DNA from: Minisyncoccota bacterium | Lineage (GTDB): Bacteria; Patescibacteriota; Minisyncoccia; Phycocordibacterales; Phycocordibacteraceae | Length of the DNA: 64,000 nt | Reading direction: 5' to 3' | Assembly: GCA_036399335.1 (NCBI GenBank) | Contig: DASWNF010000014.1 | Span: 108,033-172,032, forward strand | Shown here: one piece after another, positions 27,290-36,471 of the stretch | Layout of the letters: the number at the start of each line of letters is the position of its first letter | Position numbering within the stretch: the stretch's first letter is position 1 | Notes under the pieces: generated by a model | What the model was told of the DNA's origin: nothing | Database searches by the model: none | Seen by the model: only the letters and a program-made list of their open reading frames with translations | Made by a program: the position numbers and the translations under genes

Positions 27290-28696
27290 TTATGTCTCGC
27301 ACGAAGCGGCAAGGCGTCTCATTTCTGAATAGAAACTGCCGGGGCGTGCGTCTCCAGTGTCTGCTGCTTCCACTTCGCCTTGGGCGAGCGCGCTTAAACC
27401 GCGCATAAGCGCCTGGAAACGACTGACAAGCGCATTTACGGCAACAGGGTCGTTCGCGCCCGAGGTAACCATCGCATTCTTATCGGTTTCTATCCGGTCG
27501 AGTTCGGCAAGCGTACGGTTCGCCTCGGCAAGCCGCTCGGTTGCGCGTCCGTATATGGCATCTGCTGCCTCACGGTCTCCGCCGGTGCACCGTTGTCGGG
27601 CAGCGTTGGCTGCGTCGGCGATGCGCTGCCAGTCCGCCCGGTATTTCGTAACCTGGCTCCGCACGTCCCGGATGCCTTCCGTAAACCCGGAGCTGAGGCT
27701 CGCTGAGAAATCAGTCGCACTACTGAGGAACGAGCGGCCACCTCCGCTCGTAGGCTCGGACACTCCTGAAAGCCCGTTCCCGCCAAGGACCTTGCCCACC
27801 ATCTGGGTCATAAGGGCTCCGACTATCTCATTTATGGAATCTGCGACCTCGAGTTGCCGCAAGGGCGAGTTGACGGTGATGCCAAGAGTTTCTTCAATCA
27901 TCGCGCCTGGAGTTCGGATACTGCATTTGGCATTCGGCTCCTTCTGTTGTAGCGAAACCTTATTATTGGCGACAGATTTGCCGCCTGCAGTCGTTGCGCT
28001 GGCAGCGGACTTGTTGGCTGCGGCGATGGTCTTAGCCGGATCTGCATTCGGCCCGCACGGACCGCGCCATGAAAGGAAGCCGTTGCCCCAACCGAGTTCG
28101 GTCATCCGGGTCTCAAGCTGTTTGTCGACTTCTGCAAAGAGTTCCCGGCGTGCGAGCTGGTACCTGCCGTACGGGTTGTTTGCCGGGTTCTGGCTCTCGC
28201 ACATCCATCCATCAAGCGAGAAGTCCCCGCCGCCGTAGCAGTCGCGATACGGGTGCCGCGCATCAAATCCGTAGCTGCTCGTTGTGCGGTAGAACTCATC
28301 GCGGAGCGCATTGCGGAGTTGGTCCTGGAACGGTGCGCGTATGGAAAGGCCGGTGTTGTCGACGGCGACCTTGTCGAGGCCATAGATGAAGTCATCGGCA
28401 ATGGTGTCGGCAAGGTTCCCGAGGTTGCGGTTTAAATCGGTTACGAAGGCGGGCGAACCCTGGAAACCAGAGTTTATCCACGTAACAATGCTCTGGGTCA
28501 TCGACTGGATGATGGTTTTCGCAGCCATCCATGCGGCAGCGTCGAGCACCTGTTCAAGGAGGCGCGGCGCGTCGCCGACGATAGCTACGGGGAGGGCGTG
28601 CGCCTTCGGGGTTACGGGAGCGTACGGTGCGTACGCGAAAGATGCCACGAGAATGGTGCACGCCACACCTGCGAATGTTTTCTTTAAGGTGTTCAT
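27290..28696 (-). CDS. secreted hypothetical protein of the T4SS-like cluster
   Basis: Signal peptide; MTQSIVTWINSGFQGSPAFV, NNPYG, GNGFLSW, IRTPG, ADSINEI. Confidence 0.75.
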   Translation of the reverse strand: MNTLKKTFAGVACTILVASFAYAPYAPVTPKAHALPVAIVGDAPRLLEQVLDAAAWMAAKTIIQSMTQSIVTWINSGFQGSPAFVTDLNRNLGNLADTIADDFIYGLDKVAVDNTGLSIRAPFQDQLRNALRDEFYRTTSSYGFDARHPYRDCYGGGDFSLDGWMCESQNPANNPYGRYQLARRELFAEVDKQLETRMTELGWGNGFLSWRGPCGPNADPAKTIAAANKSAASATTAGGKSVANNKVSLQQKEPNAKCSIRTPGAMIEETLGITVNSPLRQLEVADSINEIVGALMTQMVGKVLGGNGLSGVSEPTSGGGRSFLSSATDFSASLSSGFTEGIRDVRSQVTKYRADWQRIADAANAARQRCTGGDREAADAIYGRATERLAEANRTLAELDRIETDKNAMVTSGANDPVAVNALVSRFQALMRGLSALAQGEVEAADTGDARPGSFYSEMRRLAASCET

Positions 28697-29685
28697 TGCT
28701 CTTGTTCGCGACGCACGGTGTCGACAATATAGAACCCGGGATTCCCCGGTAGCGGTTCACCCTGAAGAATCACTTCTCCGGCAATTTGGTCGAACGAGAG
28801 AAGGATATCGGTTCGTGCGGGGAGGAGTACCGAGAGCGCTCCCATCGTGAGGAGGGGGTCAGTCTTGTACGTGCTTACGGCCTTAGCTGCACGCCCCGCT
28901 TGTTCGAAGGCGCGCACGAGACGGAGGTGGCTTTCGACGAGTCCCGGGGGCGCAGGAACGGCGAGAAGCGCGCGCGCCGCGGCGAGGTATTGTCCGCCGA
29001 GGACATCAAGCCGTTCGGCTGCGGCCTCGTCGCCCTGCTCTATGACCGCTTGGGTAAGGAGGAACATGTCCGAGTTAGGTGCCGTGGGAATAGCAATATC
29101 GAGCGCCCGTTCCACATTGCCCGCATAGGTCGTTGCTGAGCCGAAGGCGTCAGTGCGCATCGATACCCGTGTGTACGAGGACGTAAGGGAGGCTGCCGCC
29201 TTGCGGGTGAACTCACCGAGGAGCTTCGTTACGACCGCCTCTTTAGAGGAATCATCGAGGGGCTCCCCGGTATTTGCGCGCATGTACTCCTCAAAGAACG
29301 ACCGTGAGAATTGCTCCGTGAAGCTTCCCGGTGCCGGCGGTTCGCCGGGGATGTCTTCGGTCGCCGCGTTGTTTGTCGGGAGTTCAGCAGCGAGCGAAAC
29401 CGGCGTTAGGAGCCCTTGGCGTACCGCCTCTCCGTCCGTAATGCCGTCGCCGTCCGTATCCGCAGTATTGCTGTCGGTGCCGTACAGCACTTCTTGCCAG
29501 TCGGGAAGCTTGTCGTTGTCCGTGTCTTTTGCGACGTAATCAGCAAGGAGTTCGTCAGTCAGTGCGGCGTTAACCGTCTTAGTATTCGGCGCACCGATAC
29601 CCGGGAGAACATACCCTCCTACGACAAGAAGCAGGGCAATAAGTGATGCTCCACCGATGCGCACATTTCGTGAAGATATGGGCAT
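28693..29685 (-). CDS. membrane-anchored protein with Ca-binding (TSP3-like) DxDxDG repeats
   Basis: DTDNDKLPDWQEVLYGTD...ADTDGDGITDGE. Confidence 0.75.
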   Translation of the reverse strand: MPISSRNVRIGGASLIALLLVVGGYVLPGIGAPNTKTVNAALTDELLADYVAKDTDNDKLPDWQEVLYGTDSNTADTDGDGITDGEAVRQGLLTPVSLAAELPTNNAATEDIPGEPPAPGSFTEQFSRSFFEEYMRANTGEPLDDSSKEAVVTKLLGEFTRKAAASLTSSYTRVSMRTDAFGSATTYAGNVERALDIAIPTAPNSDMFLLTQAVIEQGDEAAAERLDVLGGQYLAAARALLAVPAPPGLVESHLRLVRAFEQAGRAAKAVSTYKTDPLLTMGALSVLLPARTDILLSFDQIAGEVILQGEPLPGNPGFYIVDTVRREQEQ

Positions 29686-29876
29686 AAATGCTAGGTAAAT
29701 ACTAGCATGAACAGGTCATGAATGTGGAAAACAGGTGTACAACGTTGTATAACTCATCTGACAACCACCTAATAAACATAGGGACAGCTCTGTATAAGTG
29801 CCCCTATCGCAGGGCATACTGAGTGGAAACCTTGGGGATAAAACCTTCCAAACCCGAAAAAGCGGGGATACGTGAC

Positions 29877-30668
29877 CTATTTTATGTAGGAAAGAAGCCG
29901 CAACCAGTCGGCCAGGGATAAGTCTTCCGAGCGGGTCTTTTCGGAAATGTTTGCGGTGGCAAGTGATTTACGTACGTGCTCCGGAGGATAATGGAGCGCG
30001 AGGTTGCCGCCTAATTGCTTGCGTTTGTGCGCAAACCCGGCGCGAACTAGGTTGAAGAACGCGGATTCCCCTTCGGCATTCGCGAAAGCGTCCGGGTTAA
30101 TGTCCCGAATGGCCAATACTGCGGAGTCTACGTTTGGCGCCGGGCGAAATGCGCCGCGGGGCACCGTAAAGCAGTATTCAGGCTTCCCGAATACCTTTAC
30201 CGATAGCGAAAGGAGGCTTTCTTTGGGCCGTTTTTCGTCCAAGCGGGCGATGCGCTCAGCGACCTCCTTCTGTACCAGGAGCGTCATCGATTGGGGCTTG
30301 TTAGGCGCCGTCAGGAAGGTGCGGATGATCTCACCGGTAATGTAGTACGGGATATTGGCTATAAGGGCATACGGGCGTGGGAGCGAAGCGGTGTCGAAAG
30401 CCCGGATATCCTCATGGATAACCGTTAGCTTCCCTGCCCCGATTTCGCTTGCAAAGGTTTCCCGTAAGGGCGCGATGAGTTCATCGTCAGCCTCCACGGC
30501 TATCACGCGGTAGCCAGCCCCGAGGAGCGCGCGCGTGAGCATACCCGTTCCGGGACCGATCTCGAGCACGGGGACGCCTGCGGGTACCTGCGCAACGTTT
30601 ACGATACGTTCCGCGATTTGCGGATGCATGAGGAAGTTTTGACCGAGTGACTTTTTTGGGAGCGGCAT
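29877..30668 (-). CDS. rsmA: 16S rRNA dimethyladenosine transferase
   Basis: KKSLGQNFL, VLEIGPGTG.LT, ANIPYYIT, QKEVAERI, F.PAP.VDSAV. Confidence 0.96.
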   Translation of the reverse strand: MPLPKKSLGQNFLMHPQIAERIVNVAQVPAGVPVLEIGPGTGMLTRALLGAGYRVIAVEADDELIAPLRETFASEIGAGKLTVIHEDIRAFDTASLPRPYALIANIPYYITGEIIRTFLTAPNKPQSMTLLVQKEVAERIARLDEKRPKESLLSLSVKVFGKPEYCFTVPRGAFRPAPNVDSAVLAIRDINPDAFANAEGESAFFNLVRAGFAHKRKQLGGNLALHYPPEHVRKSLATANISEKTRSEDLSLADWLRLLSYIK

Positions 30669-30669
30669 A

Positions 30670-32595
30670 TTAGATGTGGATGACGTCTTCGTATTCGGTA
30701 TCCCCCGATTCAAGGAACGACACGAGGGACGGGTCGATGTCGCGCAGGAAGTTCGAAGGCTCGGAGAAGTATTCGGTACCGTAGATGCGGCGTACGCGCG
30801 CAAGCGTGAGCACGAGACGCTTGCGCGCACGCGTGACGGCGACATAAAAGAGCCGCCGCTCTTCTTCCTCATCGCGCTCCTCTTCGTTCATGCCCTCATG
30901 CGGGAAGAGCCCCTCCTCCAGCCCGGTAACGAAGACGAGATCGAATTCGAGCCCCTTCGCCGCGTGTACCGTCATCAAGGTCGCACCTTTCTTCTTCTGG
31001 TCGCGGTCCATCTCGTCCTGGTCGCTGGCGAGCGCCGAGTCGGCAAGGAAGCTGGCAAGACCCTCCTTCCCCGGAAGGTGGTCGTGCCGGCTCGCGAGCG
31101 CACCGAGCTCGCGGATGTTCTCAAGGCGGTCCTGGCCCTCCTCCCCTTCCTTGAGGAGCGCCGTCTCCATCCCGCTTTTCTCAAGCACGAGCTTCACGAA
31201 TGCCGAGGGCGGAGTCGCTTCTGCCGCTGCCGACAACTCCGCAACAACCTTCTCGAAGTCGCCGACTTTGGCGCGCTCTGCAGGACGGAGCGTATCGAGT
31301 TTCCCTGCCGTTATCTTGCCGAGCGTAACTTTACCGATGCCGCGCGGGGGCGATTGTACGGCGCGAATACGGTCTATATCGCGCCCGGGCTCAAGCGCGA
31401 GGCGAGCCCAGGCGAGTACGTCCTTCACTTCCTTACGGTCGAAGAAGCGCGTACCGAGAAGCCGGTACGGTATCCCTGCATGGAGGAATGCTTCCTCAAG
31501 CGCGCGCGACTGCGCGTTCGTCCTATATAAGACGGCGACCTCCTCGGAAGGGGTTCCGTTCCGTATTGCTTGGCGTGCCTCGCGCGCGACCCATCCCGCT
31601 TCAAGTTCGGCGGTGTCGGCTGCATGCACGGTGATGCGCTCGCCATCGGGGTTGTCGGTTACGGAACGTTTCTCTTTGCGGTTCCGGTTCTTCTCGATGA
31701 TGTCGTTCGCGGCGGCAACGATGGTCTTCGTTGAGCGGTAGTTATGTTCGAGCACGACATGCTTCGCGTCGGGATAGGTCTCCTCGAACTTAAGGAGGTT
31801 ATCGATAGTCGCGCCCCGCCAAGTGTAAATCGACTGGTCGATGTCGCCGACAACGAATACGTTCCTGCGCTCTCCCGCAATGAGGCCGACAAGCCGCGCC
31901 TGGAGCTCATTCGTGTCCTGGTACTCGTCGATGTGCAGGTGGGTGAAGCGCTCTTGTACGAGCGTACGCACGTCATCGTGCCGCTCAAGAAGGCGTACAG
32001 GAAGGAGAATGAGGTCATCAAAGTCGAGCGCCTTCTCCTTCTTGAGCGTTTCCTCGTACTTAACCCAGACTTCGCTTGTGACGCGCGAACGGAAGCTTTC
32101 CCTTCCGTGCTTTTCACGGAACTCGGCGAGCGACATGCCTTCGCCCTTCGCTTTTGAGATGCGCCCGAGGATAGCTGCCGGCGGCACTTCCTTCGGGTCG
32201 ATGTCGAGCTCCTTGAGGGCCGTGCGCACGGCGCTCTTAGAATCGTCGCGGTCAAAAACACAGAAATAGCGCGGAATTCCCATCGCGGCACCGTACGTCT
32301 GGAGCAATTCGCGTCCAAGCCCGTGGAACGTCGCGAGTAACGGCAGGGGCGTGTCCGGAAGGCGCTGTTGGAGGCGTTCGCGCATCTCTCGCGCAGCCTT
32401 ATTGGTAAAGGTTACAGCAAGGATCCGTTCGGGAAGTACGCCTTCGCGTATGAGATGGTAGATGCGGGTCGTAAGGACGGAGGTTTTTCCCGAACCGGCA
32501 CCGGCAAGTACAGAAACGGGCCCCTGAGTAGCAAGTACAGCCTCTTTTTGGCGGGCATTCAGGCGCACAAGGTACTCTGGCTCTCGGGTATCCAC
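30670..32595 (-). CDS. pcrA: UvrD/PcrA superfamily I DNA helicase
   Basis: LAGAGSGKT, TFTNKAAREM, IDEYQDTN, VGD.DQSIY.WRGA, MTVHAAKGLEF, EERRLFYVAVTRA. Confidence 0.96.
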   Translation of the reverse strand: MDTREPEYLVRLNARQKEAVLATQGPVSVLAGAGSGKTSVLTTRIYHLIREGVLPERILAVTFTNKAAREMRERLQQRLPDTPLPLLATFHGLGRELLQTYGAAMGIPRYFCVFDRDDSKSAVRTALKELDIDPKEVPPAAILGRISKAKGEGMSLAEFREKHGRESFRSRVTSEVWVKYEETLKKEKALDFDDLILLPVRLLERHDDVRTLVQERFTHLHIDEYQDTNELQARLVGLIAGERRNVFVVGDIDQSIYTWRGATIDNLLKFEETYPDAKHVVLEHNYRSTKTIVAAANDIIEKNRNRKEKRSVTDNPDGERITVHAADTAELEAGWVAREARQAIRNGTPSEEVAVLYRTNAQSRALEEAFLHAGIPYRLLGTRFFDRKEVKDVLAWARLALEPGRDIDRIRAVQSPPRGIGKVTLGKITAGKLDTLRPAERAKVGDFEKVVAELSAAAEATPPSAFVKLVLEKSGMETALLKEGEEGQDRLENIRELGALASRHDHLPGKEGLASFLADSALASDQDEMDRDQKKKGATLMTVHAAKGLEFDLVFVTGLEEGLFPHEGMNEEERDEEEERRLFYVAVTRARKRLVLTLARVRRIYGTEYFSEPSNFLRDIDPSLVSFLESGDTEYEDVIHI

Positions 32596-32853
32596 CTATC
32601 CACTATACCGAGCCTCTCCCGAGGCGTCATCTTTCGGAGTTATACACACTTTATGAAGACTTTTGAGTTTTTGGAACGAGCCCTTAAACCCTAGGTTTTA
32701 GGCCATTACAGTTGAGGTGAAGGGTTCATGAGCCCTTAACTTTAGCCATCGTCAAGAGTTGACCCCATTCCCTCGCTGGCTATACTAGCCAAGTTGAATG
32801 TGATGCCGTAACTCAAGGAATGGCGTATTTAAATAACTTTAAGTACGCCATTC

Positions 32854-33726
32854 TTGTATTCTGAAGAAACGCTGAACCACCCTTCCTTTCGTATTACGCA
32901 AAACCAAAACCTTTCCGAAGCATCAATTTCCCGTTTCGTTCGGAATGCATATCTAGCGGTTGGTCTTGCCGGCATATCGGCAGCCCTTCTCGGCCTTCTC
33001 ATCCTCTTCTACCCACGTTTCGTTGACGCGAAATGGCTCTTTACGGGCGCCGAGGCAGCTGACGGGAGCGAAATAATCCTCCATGACCCCGGTCTGGCAC
33101 TCCTTGAGGCTGCGGTTAACCCTGACCCGAACCCGACCAAGGACACCCAACTCCTCATTCTCTCCGAAGGGTCTGCCCTTCTTGCCGCAGGCGGTGTCGA
33201 AGGAATCGAGGTTATAACCAAGAGCGAATCTCCTAGCGAGCAGCCTAAGGTTGTTGTTGAGGAAAGGAAGAAAGAAGAAGCTCCGGCCGTTAAAAAAGTT
33301 GAGAAGAAAGTGGCACCGAAGCCCGCAGTCGCGAAGGCAGCGCCTAAGGCCGCCGTTAAGACCAAGGTTTCAGGTACCGGCTACTTCACCAACCCCGTCC
33401 CTGCAGGCCGTAAGTCCCAAGGTATCCATGGCAATAACGCTGTCGACATCGCTGCTCCTGCCGGTACGCCGATTTATGCATCTGCAGCAGGACGCATCAC
33501 CGTCGCAAAGACGGACGGGGGTTACAACAGCGGTTGGGGTAACTACCTGAAGATTTCACACGGTAACGGTGCCCAAACCCTGTACGCCCACATGTCGCGA
33601 GTGGTTGTCGCAAGCGGCTCGGTCGCCAAAGGACAGCTGATCGGCTACGTCGGCAGCACGGGAGAGTCCACGGGCAACCACCTCCATTTCGAGGTATACG
33701 GCGCAAAGAACCCGCTCGCCTACTAA
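32854..33726 (+). CDS. M23 family metallopeptidase, membrane anchored
   Basis: HGNNAVDIA, TLYAHM, G.TG.STGNHLHFEV; promoter TTGACC-16-TATACT at 32759-32786. Confidence 0.9.
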   Translation: MYSEETLNHPSFRITQNQNLSEASISRFVRNAYLAVGLAGISAALLGLLILFYPRFVDAKWLFTGAEAADGSEIILHDPGLALLEAAVNPDPNPTKDTQLLILSEGSALLAAGGVEGIEVITKSESPSEQPKVVVEERKKEEAPAVKKVEKKVAPKPAVAKAAPKAAVKTKVSGTGYFTNPVPAGRKSQGIHGNNAVDIAAPAGTPIYASAAGRITVAKTDGGYNSGWGNYLKISHGNGAQTLYAHMSRVVVASGSVAKGQLIGYVGSTGESTGNHLHFEVYGAKNPLAY

Positions 33727-33772
33727 GGAACGAGCAACGAAGAAAGGCCCGCATGCGGGCCTTTCTTCGTGC

Positions 33773-35277
33773 TTAGGTGATACCCAGCAAGCCGCGGGGG
33801 CGGTATTGGAGCGCTTCCATGACGTGCGGGGTCTCAACCGTATCGACATCGGCAAGGTCGGCGATTGTCCGCGCTACCCGCATGGCGCGATGGTAGGAGC
33901 GAGGTGAGAGGTCCAGGGTACGGCTTGCGGCAAGCAGTGCCACTTTAGCGGCGCTTGAAAAGCCGGCCGTCTCTAACTGCCGGCCACTTAGCTTTGCGTT
34001 GGCCCCGCCTCGGGCGTTTGCCCGCGCGCGGGCCCGCATGACGCGCATACGGACGCGTACTGAAGGCTCGCCCTGCCCAAGCCCGTGAAGCGTTTCGTGC
34101 GGCACGTGTGGGACTTCTTATCAATGATAGGCCGCGAGAGCCGGCGCGATTGCTTTTCCGCTTCGCGCGCCATGGCGCGGCCGTCGCTCGAGAGCGTCTC
34201 TGCGGGGTTCATGGCGGCCACAAGCATGCAGTCAGCCGGGAAAGTAACGCTTGCCTTCGTACGTGAGACGGTCACTACCCGGTCTTCGAGCGGTTGCCGC
34301 AGCGCCTCGAGCGTACGGGCATCGAATTCCGGGAGCTCGTCCATGAAGAGCACGCCGTTATGCGCGAGCGTCACTTCGCCTGCGCGCGGGTATGCCCCGC
34401 CACCGACTAAGGCCGTATGCGATACCGTGTGGTGCGGACTCCTGAAAGGCGGCAGCCGTACGATGCCGCCCGCAGGCAGCGTGCCCGCAGTCGAATGTAT
34501 GGAAGTCGTCTCTAGCACCTCATCGTCGTTTAAGGGCGGGAGGATGCCTACCAAGGCCCGGGCAAGCGTCGTCTTCCCCGTACCCGGCGGGCCGTAGAGG
34601 ACGAGGTTGTGGCGGCCGGCGGCGGCAATCTCAAGGGCACGCTTCGCCCCTTCCTGGCCCCTAATTTCTGAAAGGTCGAGCGCAGGAGCGTCAGGTCCCT
34701 CGACTTCTTCAGGCACAGAAGGACTAAGCAGGACGCTACCCTTCAGGTGGAGCACCAAGTCGCTGAGCGTAGCTGGCGCATACACGGTGAGGTCGCGGGC
34801 AAGAAGCGCTTCTGCCTGGTTTCCCGGCGGCACGAACACCTCACGCACTCCTGCCCCTGCGGCGCGCATTACTTGCGGTAGGATGCCCCGTACGGCGCGG
34901 AGCGTGCCATCAAGACCGAGCTCTCCTGCGAAGAGCGCAGACCCTTTCGGTAGGCGCACATCCCCGGCCGCAACGAGATAGCAGAGCGCAAGCGGAAGGT
35001 CGTAATGGGAGCCTTCCTTCTTGAGGTCGGCAGGAGAGAGCGAAAGGATAATCCTTTTATTCGATGCCTTCGGTGAGGTAAACCCCGAGTGCCGTATGGC
35101 AGCGGCAATGCGGTCGCGCGCCTCTTCCATCGCCTTATCGGGTAGCCCGATAATACTGAATGCGTGAAGCCCGTGCGTAAGGTCAGCTTCAACGGTAACC
35201 AGACGAGCCCCTGCACCTGTTGGTTGTGCGCATAGGAGTCGCGCATACCCTCGCTCGCTCTTTCTCAGATCGTTCAT
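33773..35277 (-). pseudogene. comM: ComM/YifB Mg-chelatase-like ATPase, frameshifted near 34120
   Basis: IIGLPDKA..EARDRI, GPPGTGKT, PFRSPHHT, LAHNGVLFMDE in one frame; C-terminus EVPHVPHE...[17 protein letters not shown]...EALQYR in another. Confidence 0.85.
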
Positions 35278-35397
35278 ACAATTAGGGTAGCCTCATTCCC
35301 ACCTCGGAAGCTGAATCTTCGGCGGGGAGAAGCCATAGGCCGCATCATAAAAAACACATCCCGCGCAAGCGGGATGTGTTTTTTATAGGCCAAAGGT

Positions 35398-36069
35398 TTA
35401 CAAAACCGGACCCGAGACCGTTTCCGCAGCAACCGTGGGTAGTTCCGTTGTTCCAGCGGGTACGGCAGCGTTCGTGATTATGCGGTACGCATGTGCGAAG
35501 GCGAACATGCTGACCGGTATGGACACGAGAAGCCCGACAATGAACGCGAGTGCACCGAGGAAGTTCACGATGAACACGGTGAGGATGAGCAAGAAGAGCT
35601 TCATTCGGTAGCCCTTGGTGATGCGCCAGCTTTCCTTGGCGGCAGCGACCGGCCCCATACCCTTGTCGACGACTAGGTAGGTCGCGAGCGAAAGCCCCGC
35701 ACCGACGATGATACCGGGAATGATAAGCAGGATAAGGCCTAGGATTACGAGCACGCCGGTGATGATGCTGATTCCCAGGTACCGGAAGTACGCCTCCGGG
35801 TACCATAGGTCCTCAAGCCGCGCAGCCTCGACATCATCATACGCCTTCAGGGTGAAGCGGGTTCCGGCCAAGTAGATGAACTGGTTTAGGAGGAAGGAAA
35901 CGACAAAGACTCCGGCTATAACAAACCACGGGTCGTGGCGGTCAACCGACGGAAGGATAGAGCTTACGACAACAATAAGAAGCGAAACGCCTGCGAAGAA
36001 CCACGGGCGCTTTTTAAACGTCTGCCAGCCATAACGGAAGCACGCGCGCACTGAGAGTGCCGTGTCCAT
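35398..36069 (-). CDS. integral membrane protein (DUF975-like)
   Basis: GLILLIIPGII, A.KESWRITKG.R..LF, multiple TM segments. Confidence 0.8.
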   Translation of the reverse strand: MDTALSVRACFRYGWQTFKKRPWFFAGVSLLIVVVSSILPSVDRHDPWFVIAGVFVVSFLLNQFIYLAGTRFTLKAYDDVEAARLEDLWYPEAYFRYLGISIITGVLVILGLILLIIPGIIVGAGLSLATYLVVDKGMGPVAAAKESWRITKGYRMKLFLLILTVFIVNFLGALAFIVGLLVSIPVSMFAFAHAYRIITNAAVPAGTTELPTVAAETVSGPVL

Positions 36070-36070
36070 G

Positions 36071-36427
36071 TTACTGGTCGAGGTGCTCCTTGCACGTATC
36101 GGCCGAAGGGTCGACATCGAGGCGTTCTGCCTCGATTTCTTTTTCACATATGCGGCAGGTGCCGTAGCTTCCTGCCTCGAGGCGCGCGAGCGCTCCGGTC
36201 ACTTCGTTATAGCGGATCTCAAGGTCGTTAAGGATAGCCGCGTTCCCGCTGTATTCGGCCATCTGATCGGCGCGCTCATTCGGATCAGGCTGGAACTCGC
36301 TATTAATGGCCGTCGGCTCCCAGTCCTCAGGGTTCGAAGGGTTCCGGCGCCCGACAGTCTTAAGTTCTTCCTCCAGGCGGGCCTTTTCTTCATCGAGGCG
36401 CACGCGGTATTGGCTTTGGTCAGTCAT
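36071..36427 (-). CDS. TraR/DksA C4-type zinc finger protein
   Basis: AL.RLE.GSYG.C..C...IE.ERL...P.A.TC..H. Confidence 0.88.
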   Translation of the reverse strand: MTDQSQYRVRLDEEKARLEEELKTVGRRNPSNPEDWEPTAINSEFQPDPNERADQMAEYSGNAAILNDLEIRYNEVTGALARLEAGSYGTCRICEKEIEAERLDVDPSADTCKEHLDQ

Positions 36428-36471
36428 GGCACCAGACTAGCACGTGTCGCCTCTCGGGCGCCATAGTGGCT

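Noticed and set aside
17114-29685. Integrative conjugative element
   Set aside because: No relaxase, integrase, att duplication or GC shift was seen at the borders.
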